Under the pieces are notes generated by a model. The model did no database searches. It was given only the letters and a program-made list of their open reading frames with translations, and had not been told where the DNA came from. DNA of 64,000 nt from Octopus vulgaris (taxonomy: Eukaryota), in contig OX597827.1 of the NCBI GenBank assembly GCA_951406725.2, positions 60,016,001 to 60,080,000 of the forward strand, in the 5' to 3' direction. The position numbers and the translations under genes were made by a program. How positions within the stretch are numbered: position 1 is the stretch's first letter; every line of letters starts with the position of its first letter. Positions 26,338 to 40,387 of this stretch are shown here, one piece after another.

Positions 26338-26403
<66 letters not shown>

Positions 26404-27220
26404 GTAGTGATGGCAGCAAAAGTGTTGCTGTTTGTGGGGGTGGTATTGCAAATGATCAAAATGATGATGATGATGATGATCACAACGATGACCCGACAAT
26501 GACAACGACGACGACGACGATGATGATGATGATGAAAACGACGACGATGACGATGATGATGATGAAAACGATGACAACGACGACGACGACGATGATGATG
26601 ATGATGACAGTAGTGAAAATGTTCTCGTGTTGTTGGTAATGTTACTGATGATATAATTATTGGTATTTCAGTTGTTTTTATCGTCTTCGTTGTTATTGGA
26701 GGTGGTGGTGGTGGTGGTGGTGGTGGTGGTGGTGGTGGTGGTGGTGGTGGTGGTAGTGGCGGCGGCGGCGGCGGCGGTGGTGGTAGCAGTGATGGTGATG
26801 GTGGTGGCGACGATGGTGATGGTGGTGATGGTGGTGGCGGTGATGGTGATGGCGGCGATGGAGATGGTGGTGATGGTGGTGGTAGTGGTAGTGGTCCTCG
26901 TTGTTGTTGCTATTATTCATGCTGTTGGTAGTATATAATGTCTTTACTTTTCTTGTCTGCAGATTTTTGAAGAACCATTATTCGAAGCACTAAGCTCTCT
27001 TGTTTATTCCTTGCATATCAAAAGTAAGGATGTCGTAGTTTGTGTGGGGGGGGGCGGTTGTTAGTGGTTTACATTTGATGAATTTCTATATTTAACACAC
27101 ACTGCGTGGCACCTTGAAAAGCTGCTTTTTGCTAAAACCTCGGGTCGATCGAAACATTGTGAGTTGATTTGGTAGACGGAAACTAGAAGAAGCACGTCGT
27201 ATACATATATATACATATAC

Positions 27221-27288
<68 letters not shown>

Positions 27289-27321
27289 GTATATGTATAT
27301 GTATATATATGTATATATATA

Positions 27322-27835
27322 TATACAGTGTACATTTAAACACATAAAAGGAACCCTTCATAGGATTCCTTTCCCGCTAGCAGGAACAGCTAGAGTCCAA
27401 ACCACTATTAGGAATAAAAACTCGAAAGGAATGAAAAATAAAAACATTTACCATCTATTTCCTGGACCAAGATTTCTGACTTTTTTTAGCAAATAATTTG
27501 CTAGGCGAAGTCTTCATCAACAGGTACGCCTAGATCAAACATATAAACACGAGGCAAATCCATCATGTGTTTCTTGCTTATACATCATCATTTTTCAAAT
27601 CCACAGCGCAAGCGCAGTTTTTTGTCGGCAACAAAAACAATACCAGTATTTCTTCGAACAATTCTCCAGAAAATATTATCAATTATTAATATCAGGGTTA
27701 TAAATATTTTAGAAATTTTTACTACCTGTGGCCTAAGCGTGTAGAAAAATTAGTCAATAGACTATATATTATTCATATAAATACAGTGTACATTTAAACA
27801 CATAAGAGGTATCCTTCATAGGATTCCTTTCACGT
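27322..27835 (-). mobile_element. PLE pLTR-like element with ~50-bp direct repeats, nested in the microsatellite of a family A SINE (27100-28090)
   Basis: TACAGTGTACATTTAAACACATAA...CCTTCATAGGATTCCTTTC at 27323 and 27783; SINE head to the left, SINE tail to the right. Confidence 0.6.
27461..27524 (-). ncRNA. Variant hammerhead (U3 core)
   Basis: Minus strand: cctg TTGATGA a-gactt-(hairpin)-aagtc-a GAAA tcttgg TC cagg. Confidence 0.55.
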
Positions 27836-28923
27836 TATATATTTGTATATGCATATATTTGTGTGTGTGTGTGTGTGTTTGTTCCGCTTCCGTGACAATC
27901 GATGTTGGTGTGTTTATATCCACGTAACTTAGCGGTTCAGCAAAAGGGACTGATAGAATAAGTACTAGGTTTACAAAGAATAAGTCACGGGGTCGATTTC
28001 TTCGACTAACAAACACCATTTAAGGCGGTGCTCCAGCATGGCTGCAGTCAAATGAAACAAGTAAAAGAATAAAAGAATAAAAGAATCAAAGAATCAAAGA
28101 ATCAAAGAATACATTCACATGAACATTGATGGTTCGGTCTTTAGCAATTACTTCCAAGATTATGAGCAATGGAAGTCTTGGACATTATGATTACTGCTAT
28201 GGCTGCTACTACTGCTACAACTACTGCTGCTGCTGCTACTGCTGCTGCTACTACTGCTACTGCTGCTGCTTCTGCTACTGCCGCCGCTACTACAACAGCC
28301 GTTGCAGTCGCCGTCACTAACATCAATACCCAAGACCGTCAGCACTGTGGCTACTGCAACCACCACCACCGCCACAAGCAACGTCACCACCACCACACCT
28401 ACCATCACTACCACACCTACCACCACCACTATCATCACTAGCATCACTAACACTACCAACACTACCATTATCATCATCACCACCACTATCACCACCACCA
28501 CAACAACAATCGCCATCACCTCTAACATCACCCCTACAGCTACCAGCACCGCCAGCACCGCCACCACAACCACCACCACCACCACTATCATCACTATCAC
28601 CACTAACACCACCATCACCACTACCACCACAACTATCACGATCAACTCTAACATCACCACTACGTCTACCACGGGCATCACCACCACCAACACCACCCCG
28701 CCGCCGCCTTCACCACCATCACCACCACCTCCACCGCCGCCATAACCACTACTACCAACATCATCATCACTGCCACCACCACCACCACCAACACCACTAC
28801 CACCACATCTACCACCAACACAACCACAATAACACATCACCATCATCACCACCACAATCACCACCACCACCATCCTCACCACCGCCACCACTGTCATAAC
28901 AATCACCACCACCATCATTATTA

Positions 28924-29152
28924 CCTATTTCTTTACTGCCCACAAGGGGCTACACACAGAAGGGACAAACAAGGACAGGCAAACGGATTAAGTCGATTAT
29001 ATCGACCCCAGTGCGTAACTGGTACTTATTTAATCGACCCTGAAAGGATGAAAGGCAAAGTCGACTTCGGCGGAATTTGAACTCAGAACGTAACGTCAGA
29101 CGAAATACGGCTACGCATTTCGCCCGGCTTGCTAACGGTTCTGCCAGCTCAC
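28924..29152 (-). mobile_element. Nin-domain-like SINE family D
   Basis: 16-bp TSD CACCATCATTATTACC at 28910-28925 and 29150-29165. Confidence 0.92.
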
Positions 29153-29179
29153 CATCATTATTACCAGCATGGTTCTACT

Positions 29180-29412
29180 GGCGGCGAACTGGCAGAAACG
29201 TTAGCACGCCGGGCGAAATGCCTAGCAGTATTTCGTTTGCCGCTACGTTCTGAGTTCAAATTCCGCCGAGGTCGACTTTGCCTTTCATCCTTTCGGGGTC
29301 GATTAAATAAGTACCAGTTACGCACTGGGGTCGATATAATCGACTTAATCCGTTTGTCTGTCCTTCTTTATCCCCTCTATGTTTAGCCCCTTGTGGGTAG
29401 TAAAGAAATAGG
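29180..29412 (+). mobile_element. Nin-domain-like SINE family D
   Basis: 14-bp TSD GGTTCTACTGGCGG at 29171-29184 and 29411-29424. Confidence 0.92.
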
Positions 29413-30488
29413 TTCTACTGGCGGTGTCTGCTTGGTCGCGCAACCTTATGAAAATAGCAGCCAAATCTGATCCCTCGTTGGCGGATTCTTTCTAGGTTTG
29501 TTGGAATAAGGGCTGGTTTGGTGAACAGTACCTTGGTATGATAGAGGAGAGCATATAACTAATGGGGTTTAAGAGAAAATAAGGGAACCGTGTTTTATGA
29601 GTATACCTGAATGCGTGTGACCGATTTACTATGTGTATGTATGTGTTTGTGTATATGTATCTATGTGTTCATATATATATATGTGGTGTTTGTGTGTGTG
29701 TGTGAGTGAGTGTGTGTGTATGTGTGTGTGTGTATTGTGTACTTTATACGTATATGTGTGTGTGTTGCTACTGTTGCTTCGCTGTAATAGCAGTAGTAGC
29801 AGCAGCAGCTGTAGTTGTAGTAGTAGTAGGAGGAGGAGGAGAAGGAGGAGAAGGAGGAGAAGGAGGAGAAGGAGAAGGAGGAGAAGGAGAAGGAGGAGAA
29901 GGAGAAGGAGGAGGAGGAGAAGGAGGAGGAGGAGGGGGACCTGGGGCAGTAGCAGCAGCAGCTGTAGTAGTAGTAGTAGTAGTAGTTACTGTTGTTGTTA
30001 GTGATGATGTCTGCCGTGAGTAGTGACGCAAGCCTAATTAATTTGCAGGTGACGCCAGTCGTTAATGAATTAATGACGCCAATTTTTTTTTTTGTTTTTT
30101 GTTTATTTTTTTAAAGAAAAATAGGTTAAATCGTAAAATAAAAAGAAACAAAAGGAAAAAAATAAAGGAAAGGTATTTTGGAAACTAACATACACTCCAC
30201 CGCCAATACCAACACCACCCCCGTCACCAATAACACCACCACTACACCCACCACCACCACAACCACTATCGTCACCTCATCACCATCACCACAAATTACA
30301 CTTAAGAACGCAACCAACACTTTCACCAGCACCACCAAGAAAACCATCCATCACCACCAACACACAACCACAGGGAAAATGCTGGCACTCGGTCGGTTGC
30401 GACGATGACTGTTCCAGTTGATCCAATCAACAGAGCAGCAGCAGCAGCTGTAGTAGTAGTAGCAGCAGCAGCAACAGCAGCAACAGCA

Positions 30489-30561
<73 letters not shown>

Positions 30562-30630
30562 AGGTGGTGATAGTGAGGAAGGGTAGTGCTGGTACTGTTG
30601 TTGTTGGTGGTGGTGGTGCTGTTGCTGCAA

Positions 30631-30681
<51 letters not shown>

Positions 30682-31349
30682 TGGTGGTGGGGATAACTGT
30701 TGTTGGTGGTGGTGGTGCTTTTAATTTGCCGGGGCAACTCATTTTTTTGCCTGCTGAGTGGACCAGAGCAACGTGTCCTTGAGTGTTTTGCTGAAGGACA
30801 AAACGTACCGCCGGGGATCGAAACCAACGTCTTACGATCGAGAGCCGAACCACGCTCCTTCACCGCTCACAGTGACTTTACTACTGACTCCAACACCAGC
30901 ACCACAACCACCAACACTAGCATCACAACCAACCCGAACAACACAAAGCCATCGTAACCAATAGCAATAGTAACACCACTTACAACAACCGCCAACGCCA
31001 ATACAGAAATGACATCTCAAATCAGCACCGTCTTCACCACCACCACTGACAACCAGCATGACCATAAACACCCAAACCATCATCACCGTGAATGTTTGTA
31101 CGAGCGAGTGTACCTGCGCCATACAACCTAAGCACGGGCGTTTGTACATCCATATCTGTTAACGGTTATATTCAATACTTTTTACAAACAGTATTGTGTA
31201 TTCGTTTCTTTTTGCATCTCATATTTATCACTGATCTTCTACAATAAAAAAAAAGAAGTGAAGCTGTATCCTTTAATTTGCTTCTTTTCTATACTCAAAC
31301 CGAGAAGATATACAGCGGAACAGTTGTTATTTTAATGAGATACATCCTG

Positions 31350-31797
31350 TAATCGCCTGAAGAGGCACATCTTAAAAGACTCCGCCGGTTACGACGACGA
31401 GGGTCCCAGCTGATACGATCAACGGAACAGCTTGCTCGTGAAATTAACGTGCAAATGGCTGAGCATTCCACAGACACGTGTACCCTTAACGTAGTTCTCG
31501 GGGATAATCAGCGTGACACAGAGAGTGACAAGGCTGACCCTTTGAAATACAAGTACAACTCATTTTTGCCAGCTGAGTGGACTGGAGCAACGTGAAATAA
31601 AGTGTCTTGCTCAAGGACACAACGCGTCGCCGGGAATCGAACTCACAACCTTACGATCATGAGCCGAATGCCCTAACCACTAAGCCACGCGCCCTCACAG
31701 AGGCACATCTACACCGACGAATACTCCTAAACTAGTTGTTAAATATTCCACCCGTGAGGGATCGATGCTAGATGAGTCGAAACAATTGCAGCGATTA
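31350..31797 (+). ncRNA. Hammerhead ribozyme split by a SINE insertion (relic)
   Basis: After removing the SINE and one TSD: taatcgc CTGAAGA ggcacatcta...tagatgagtc GAAA caattg CA gcgatta; U16.1 is replaced by C. Confidence 0.7.
31373..31698 (-). mobile_element. CORE-type SINE (head C, tail type 1)
   Basis: 12-bp TSD AGAGGCACATCT at 31361-31372 and 31699-31710; tail shared with 490-877. Confidence 0.92.
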
Positions 31798-31840
31798 ATA
31801 TATATTCTCGTATCTTCCAGTTGCCGTCTCTTTCATTAAT

Positions 31841-31938
<98 letters not shown>

Positions 31939-31996
31939 TAATCATATATATACACACACATACACATATATATATATACACAGATATATATACATA

Positions 31997-32037
<41 letters not shown>

Positions 32038-32254
32038 TATATACATACATATACATATATATATATTTACATAAACACCCACACACACATATATATGTCT
32101 GTATATTTGTATAGGTACAAGCATCCAGATCTCTGAGTACCTTATTTTTTCTAATATATAATATCTGTACATCACCTCCAAACCTTCTAATATATGCGCA
32201 CATATACACACACACACACATATATATATACATACATATACATATATATATATA

Positions 32255-32332
<78 letters not shown>

Positions 32333-32428
32333 TATATATATATACATATAGAGAGACTTACTTGGAAATGGATGCGTGGCGTTCAATTAAATGATAATAT
32401 AAATAATATATATATGTATATATATATA

Positions 32429-32467
<39 letters not shown>

Positions 32468-32504
32468 CGTCCTTAGTCGAAAGACACCAGTTGTTACGTC
32501 CTGT

Positions 32505-32772
32505 TAATTGCATTTGTATTTGTGTAACATTAATTCCGTTTTTTTTCCGTCTTTGTTTTCATATACATTCGCTGCTTTCTCCCAAGGAAACTAATGCTCT
32601 TAGCTTAGTTTTTCCTTGGGGCTGGCCAGATTGGAGTAATCTCGAGTATAACCAGCCGAAATTGCAAAGATAATCTGGAACACGACTGAGAATAGAAAAC
32701 TCCGAATGACCTGTCCTTGATTTCTTCGTATCGTCTGTCTGGATGTTTTGCGTTCTTATCCCTTTTTGTATT
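32505..32772 (+). mobile_element. Unclassified structured interspersed repeat
   Basis: Homologous to the reverse complement of 55630-55870; conserved hairpins. Confidence 0.65.
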
Positions 32773-32783
32773 CTATATATATA

Positions 32784-32925
32784 GGCGCAGGAGTGGCTGT
32801 GTGGTAAGTAGCTTGCTTACCAACCACATGGTTCCGGGTTCAGTCCCACTGCGTGGCATCTTGGGCAAGTGTCTTCTGCTATAGCTCCGGTAGATGGAAA
32901 CTGAAAGAAGCCTGTCGTATATATG

Positions 32926-32966
<41 letters not shown>

Positions 32967-33174
32967 TTGTGAGTGTGTGTGTGTGTTTGTGTGTCTGTGT
33001 TTGTCCCCCTAGCATTGCTTGACAACTTAGCAGTTCGGCAAACTGAAAGAAGACCGATAGAATAAATACTGGGCTTACAAAGAATAAGTCCCGGGGTCGA
33101 TTTGCTCGACTAAAGGCGGTGTTCCAGCATGGCCGCAGTCAAATGACTGAAACAAGTAAAAAAGAGTAAAAGAG
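32784..33174 (+). mobile_element. SINE family A with small internal deletions
   Basis: Head, microsatellite and tail. Confidence 0.88.
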
Positions 33175-33420
33175 TATATGCATGTATGGGTACAGGACGT
33201 CACCACCTGTAAACAACAAGAAGTACGAAAACAAACGAGTGAAATACACAAATAATGTGTGAAAATGGAAAGCAGAACAAGTAACACAAAGAACGACCCT
33301 TCATCAGTTGTCAGCTGTCTGTCTATTCCTCATCGTCGTTTGTGCATTTAAATCGACATTTATCTCTCACTGGATTGAGTACTTTTTTGTTTATTCTACT
33401 TCTATTAGATCTTTAAACCA

Positions 33421-33463
<43 letters not shown>

Positions 33464-33554
33464 GCTCTAGTCATTTAGGTGTTACACTTATGGTCACATC
33501 GTGTTCTTGAGCAAAACACTTAATTTCGCAATGCTCCAGTTCACTCAGCTATTA

Positions 33555-33614
<60 letters not shown>

Positions 33615-33842
33615 TAATCCAAACGAGAAAACAGAAAAAACAACAACACAAGGAGGTGGAACAATTAAAGTATTATTATTAGGCGCTCAGGAAACGGGCT
33701 TCATTCAGTTTTCGTCTACCAAATCCACTCACAAGGCTTTGGTCGGCCCGAGGCTATAGTAGAAGACACTTGAGCAAGGTTCCACGCAGTGGGACTGAAC
33801 CCGGAGCCATGTGGTTGGTAAGCAAGCTACTTACCACACAGC

Positions 33843-33894
<52 letters not shown>

Positions 33895-34091
33895 ATATTT
33901 CGGAATGGTCATATTGCCAGTTTAGCCAAATATTTAAACGTATATATATATATATGCTTCCTTAAGATTTCTCTTGAATGAAACAGTACTAGTCCTGTAG
34001 AAGCTCCTTCTATATAATAAATTAATTTTACTCTGCTATGTATTGAGTACCTTATTTACTGTGGTTAACCCCGAATCAACCCGGGACCTAC

Positions 34092-34130
<39 letters not shown>

Positions 34131-34381
34131 TATACACACACATACATGCATATATATGTACATATAAGTAAGGATATATATATATATATTTGTGTGTGTG
34201 TGTGTGTGTGTGTATGTGTGTGTGTATGTGTGTGTGTGTACACTTTCATAGAGATATCCAAAAATATGGCCAGCTGCATTTACAAATAAACGCACGATCT
34301 AACATGATACTTCACACACTCATACATGTACACGGAATCAGATTCATCCCACAGACACAACGCACACACAACGCACACACA

Positions 34382-34422
<41 letters not shown>

Positions 34423-34973
34423 CACACACACACACACATTCATATACGTACAAATATATACACGCTGAAAGGAACAAAAACAACATGTCAGGCGTTTAAT
34501 AACATAGTCGTGCTATTTTATTAAACACCTGGCAAAACACAATCAGCAACAACAGCATCATCATCATCATCATCATCACCATCATCATCACCGTCATCAT
34601 CATCATCATCATCATCATCGTCATCATCGCCGTCATCATCAGTGACTTCGACATCACAATTACTAACACTGCTACCGCTACAACCACCACTACCATCGCC
34701 ACCGCCATCGAACCTCTGCACGAAGAATCTGAAATCTGTTGGTGATGATGGCGGTTTGGTGGTGATGATGTTTAGCCCCAAGTTGACCTTTATCGATAGA
34801 TATATGATTAAAAGCGTTCCAGTAGTGATATCCTCATTTATATATAATAGAAGACGCTTGTCCAAGGTACCACGCATTGGGACTGAACACGAAACCGTGT
34901 GGTTGCAACGGGATTGTCTTAACCCCACAGCCATACCCCTCAATATGTGTGTGTGTGTGTGTGTGTGTGTAGT

Positions 34974-35004
<31 letters not shown>

Positions 35005-35019
35005 ATACATTATATATAT

Positions 35020-35093
35020 AGGAATGGGTGTGTTGTAAGTAGCTGGCTTACCAGAAAGAAGCCCGTCGTATATATATCTATAGATAGACAGAC

Positions 35094-35157
<64 letters not shown>

Positions 35158-35158
35158 G

Positions 35159-35245
<87 letters not shown>

Positions 35246-35690
35246 GGCGAGCTGGCAGAAACGTTAGCACGCCGGGCGAAATGCGTAGCCGTATTTCGTC
35301 TGGCGTTACGTCCTGAGTTCAAATTCCGCCGAGGTCGACTTTGCCTTTCATCCTTTCTGGGTTGATAAATAAAGTACCAGTTTCGCACTGGGGTCTATGT
35401 AATCGACTTAATCCCTTTGTCTGTCCTTGTTTGTCCCCTCTATGTTTAGCCCCTTGTGGGTAGTAAAGAAATATATATGTATATGTTTGTGTGTCTGTGT
35501 TTGTCTACCACCACCATTGTTCGACAACCGATGTTGGTGTGTTTACGTGCCCATAACTTAGCGGTTCGTCAAAACAGCCCGATAGAATGAGTACTAGGCT
35601 TGCAAAAATAAGTTTTGGGTTCGATTTGTTCGACTAAAGGCAGTGCTCTAGCATGGCTGCAGTCAAATGAGGCAAACAAGTAAAAGAATT
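35020..35690 (+). mobile_element. SINE family A with nested family D SINE (35245-35472) and (GATA)n expansion
   Basis: Family A left part ends GAAGCCCGTCGTA and resumes at 35480 after a full D copy. Confidence 0.8.
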
Positions 35691-36171
35691 TTAAAAATGT
35701 GTGTGTGTGTGTGTGTGTGTGTCTGTGTGTGTGTGTGTGTGTGGTTGTGTCTGTGTGCGTATGTGTGAGTGGCGACATTGTGACTTATTGAGGCAATGTT
35801 TTAATACCGTCTTCTACGTTACTTTTCATTGACAAAATCTTTTGATAAACTATTTGTAAACGCCAACTTAATTGCAGGCCCTAAATACTAAGTGTAATAA
35901 AAAATCTATGTGTACTAATTTATACTTGCCATGACTGAGTCTCTCACACTCTCTCTCTCTCCCTCCCAATCTCGCTACACACACGCGCACACACACACAC
36001 ACACATACACACACACGCGCGCGAGCGCACACACACACAGAAAGGATTCCTAAAAATACCCTCCCTTAAAGTACGGAGTGCCCTGCACAAAACTGCAGTG
36101 TCTTCTGGATCACTGTTTTAAAAAGAGACTAAGAGATTATCTGTTAAACAGCTAAGTTACGTGAGGCGTTG

Positions 36172-36430
36172 CTTCTTCTTCTTCTTCTTCTTTTTCTTCC
36201 AATCAGGACTAACGCCATTAGCCACAATGAATAACCTCTAATTCGAGCCTACTCTAAGCTACGAAGAATGCGTATGGCAACTTGAAGATCCACCCACCAC
36301 AACTGATGGTTGCACGGGCGCGAAAGCTACGTTGTTATCCTCATTCTGTAAACAGTGGCTTTTAACGGGTGAAGAGCTAAATCATCCTAGATTCGCAAAC
36401 TAGACTAGGGTCTGAAAGTTTACCACGCCT
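36172..36430 (-). mobile_element. Non-LTR retroelement 3' end with (GAA)n tail
   Basis: Homologous to 48518-48886. Confidence 0.7.
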
Positions 36431-36435
36431 TAGTG

Positions 36436-36708
36436 AAAGGCAAAGTCGAACTCAGAACGTAGCGGCAGACGAAATACCTATTTCTTTACTACCCAGAAAG
36501 GGCTAACACAGAGAGGACAAACAAGGACAGACAAACGGATTAAGTCGATTATACCGACCCCAGTGCGTAACTGGTACTTAGTTTATCGACCCCGAAAGGA
36601 TGAAAGGCAAAGTCGACCTCGGCGTAATTTGAACTCGGAACGTAACGGCAGACGAAATACGGCTAAGCATTTCGTCCGGCGTGCTAACGTTTCTGCCAGC
36701 TCGCCGCC
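36436..36708 (-). mobile_element. Family D SINE plus partial tandem second unit
   Basis: Junction GACGAAATAC|CTATTTCTTTACT. Confidence 0.85.
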
Positions 36709-36898
36709 CTTCTGCAACTGGTAATAATAATGATACCAGTTGGCATTAATAATGGTAGCAATTGGTACTACTTTTGCAAACAGTAGGGAGTGATAATTCT
36801 TGCAATTGATGCTGACAATGGTAGCAGTTGTTGCTGATAAGGCTACGGTACCAACAATGCTGTTTATATCATCTTTTAACTTTAATCAAATGTGTGTT

Positions 36899-37008
<110 letters not shown>

Positions 37009-37485
37009 ACGACATACATTTAGCATTATCACATGCCTCTTTCAAAAGTTAAGCGAAGAATTTGGAATTTCCTATTGCTGAAACGCATAATTGGTTCTGA
37101 AAATCATCTGTCAGACAAACATCAATACAGTAGCTTGTATAAAACATTAAATGATGGCTCAGCACCTTTGAAAATTGCTTCTGATTGCAAAACCAGATGG
37201 TTTGTCTATTCAACCAGCTGTTGAAAGAATTGTGAACCAACAGTTAGAACCGAAGGCACAGTTTGAAATAACAAGACTAAATAGAAAACGTTACACGGCT
37301 GCTGTCCCTTATGAGATATACCCTGACGAAATGGAAAAAAAAAAAAAAACGAAAGAAAGAAAGAAAAAGACATTGGCATTCCTTCTTGTCTTACATTCCA
37401 TCTTCATTAAAGTGCTAAAAGAACAAAAATTATTTGGATCGTAAAATATTGATTTAGTAAAATTATCGAACGGTCTGGTTATATG

Positions 37486-37697
37486 AGCTGGCAGAAACGT
37501 TAGCGCGCCGGGCGAAATGCTTAGCGATATTTCGTCTGTCGCTACGTTCTGAGTTCAAATTCCGCCGAGGTCGACCTTGCCTTTCATCCTCTCGGGGTCG
37601 ATAAATAAAGTACCAGTTTCGCACTGGGTCGATGTAATCGACTTAATCCCTTTGTCTATCCCCTCTATGTTTAGCCCCTTGTGGGTAGTAAAGAAAT
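37486..37697 (+). mobile_element. Nin-domain-like SINE family D
   Basis: Similarity to other copies. Confidence 0.88.
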
Positions 37698-37849
37698 ATA
37701 TATACTTTGTAAATCAATTGATAATTGGTTGGTGCTGCCAACATGCAAATCTGGTTTGTTCACTTGTAATATAGTGGTGGATAAGGTGGATGGGGTCGTG
37801 GATTGTAACTACCGTAGTTGTGTCTCAGTGGTGGTCATCGATGGTGGTT

Positions 37850-38232
37850 GCGATGGTGGTGGAGCTTGGATGGTGTTGCTGTTGTTGTTGTTGTTACTGG
37901 CGGTGGTGGTGATGGTGGCAGAGCTTGGATGGTGTTGCTGTTAGTGGTGATGGTGGTGGAGGAGCTTGGATGGTGTTGCTGTTGTTGTTACTGGTGGTGG
38001 TAGTGGTGGCAGAGCTTGGATGGTGTTGCTGTTAGGGGTGATGGTGGTGGAGCTTTGATGGTGTTGCTGTTGTTGTTGGTAGTGGTGGAGGAGCTTGGAT
38101 GGTGTTGCTGTTGGTGGTGATGGTGATGGAGGAGCTTGGATGGTGTTGCTGTTGGTGGTGGTGGTGGTGGTGGTGGTGGTGACGGTGGTGGTGATGGTAA
38201 TGGTAGAGGAGCTTGGATGTTGTTGCTGTTGG
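37850..38232. repeat. Minisatellite with GGAGCTTGGATGGTGTTGCTG core
   Basis: About 8 units of 35-60 bp. Confidence 0.85.
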
Positions 38233-38744
38233 GAAACCAATTAAATTAAACCATATCCCCATTCATACATAATCACCCATACAAAGCTCCCGACTCTGAA
38301 TAGTTTAGCTTGTTGCAGCTGAGAGTTTGTTTACAGCTGGACAGACTGAGCCAGCGAAAATTAATTATCACCAGTCATTGACACCGTTTAGTAGCGTTGA
38401 TGGAATTCGAACTAGCGACATTTTAATAAGGAGCTCAGACATTCCTATCGGATTAGCCAGTCACTGCCACACCACGAATATTCTATTAATAAATTTATTT
38501 TAAACACATTCCCACGACCACCACCATCACCGCCACCACCACTAAATATAAAACAGAGAGTTGATGATATAATTGGAAAAAGTATCGTGTGGAATAAAGT
38601 TACGTTTCTTTATGGTATCAGTTCGAATCCTGCTTGTGTAGATATGGCATTTTAACTTTCTAGGGTCGATGAAATAAAGCCGTCAGTCAAGAATTAGTGA
38701 ACTTGATATAATTTACTGCAGTTTTTAAATTAGCGTACTAGCAC

Positions 38745-39510
38745 GACCAGAGGTCTTCCATTACATTTTTTTAAGAAGGTGCCGCGGGAAAACCCAGAAG
38801 TCTTTTGTTTATATTCTTGGAACGGATACACCGTTATGGACAGAGGCCTTTCTATGGCAGTCTTGAAATGGATGTCCCAGTATCGCCAGAGGTCTTCTTC
38901 TATGCCTTTGAAGAAGGCGCCAGGTATCTACCACATCCTTTATTGAAATGTCCCAATATGCCCAAAAAGTCTACTACTACTTACTTGAAAAAGTCACCCC
39001 AGCAGTGTTCCACTACACCCCTCATACGATCTGGTGCTCCAGTATGGCCCGACTCCAGTGACTAAAACCAGAGGAAAGTGATTAAAAAAACACAAGAGAT
39101 AGTGGAATTGATATAATCTTCCCCTACAGTCTTTAAAAGGGTACTCTAGCAGAGGGTCTTCCACTACATTTTTGAAGAAGGTGCCCCGGGAAAATCAGAA
39201 GTTTTTTTATATATTCTTGAAACGGGTGCCACGTTATGGCCAAACACCTTTCTACGACAGTATTGAAATGGGTGGCCCAGTATGGCCAGAGGTCTTCTTC
39301 TGTGTCGGTGAAGAAGGCGCCTCCAAGTATGGCCAGATATCTACAACATCCTCTAAGGAAGTGCCCCAATATGTCCAGAAGTCTTTTACTACTTGCTTGA
39401 AAGAGCTGTCCCAGCATGGTCAAAGGTGTTCCACAACATCCTTCATAGAATCTGGTGCCCCAGTATGGCCCGATTCCAGTGACTGAAACCTGTGGAAAGT
39501 AATTAAAGAA
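38745..39510 (+). repeat. Higher-order repeat: 2 x ~370-bp units made of ~40-bp diverged subunits related to the SINE tail
   Basis: Recurring CCAGAGGTCTT...GGTGCCCCAGTATGG; each unit ends GGTGCTCCAGTATGGCCCGACTCCAGTGACT(A/G)AAACC. Confidence 0.7.
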
Positions 39511-39844
39511 ACGCAATAACTACAAACTTCTTTTTTTTAACTGGAAAACTATAAAAATAATCTCATTAATTAAATGCCTTTGGTTCGAGGTTATTTTAAG
39601 TACAAACCAAATGAATGTCAACGAGTCACATGTTGAGATTCATGAAGCAAGTAGAGCAGAATATTTATAATTACATATAATTATCAATTAAAGAGTTTCT
39701 GTTAATTTCTATGTATGTACATGGAAAATATTAAAACATATGTTGGTGCCTTTTTTCCAGTGTTTCAGATTTTAATAACGTAATTTCGATTTCCTGGGAA
39801 CTACGAACTGAAGTTTTGCAAACATACTCACACAAACATCACAC

Positions 39845-39889
<45 letters not shown>

Positions 39890-40034
39890 ACACACACACA
39901 CATGTACAACGGGTACACATTGGTAGCTCCAGAGCTACAGTATAAAGTCACCCAAAGTGGGACTCAACCCGAAAGCAACCACATAACTACAACACAAGTT
40001 TCTTAACCCCACAGCCCTATCTTTCACGTATACA

Positions 40035-40114
<80 letters not shown>

Positions 40115-40319
40115 GGTTTAGAGGTGATATACAGGTATTACAGATTAGGAAAAATAAGGTACTCAGAAATTTGAATGGTTGTGTACATTTACAGATTTTT
40201 ATTAATATGTTACATGTTTTTATAAATCATATATTAGCGCTTGCATCTACTCTAGTAGAATCTCCAGATACACTGTTATGGTCAGAGGCCTTTCTATTAT
40301 TATTATTATTATTATTATA

Positions 40320-40385
<66 letters not shown>

Positions 40386-40387
40386 CG

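Larger units (their letters stand above)
23700..26930. repeat. Large compound trinucleotide field ((GGT)n, (GAT)n, (ATT)n, (GAC)n)
   Basis: Read directly; interrupted by the 24789-25246 element. Confidence 0.85.

Noticed and set aside
33290-33312. Minus-strand CTGATGA in a repeat fragment
   Set aside because: No downstream stem II-GAAA partner
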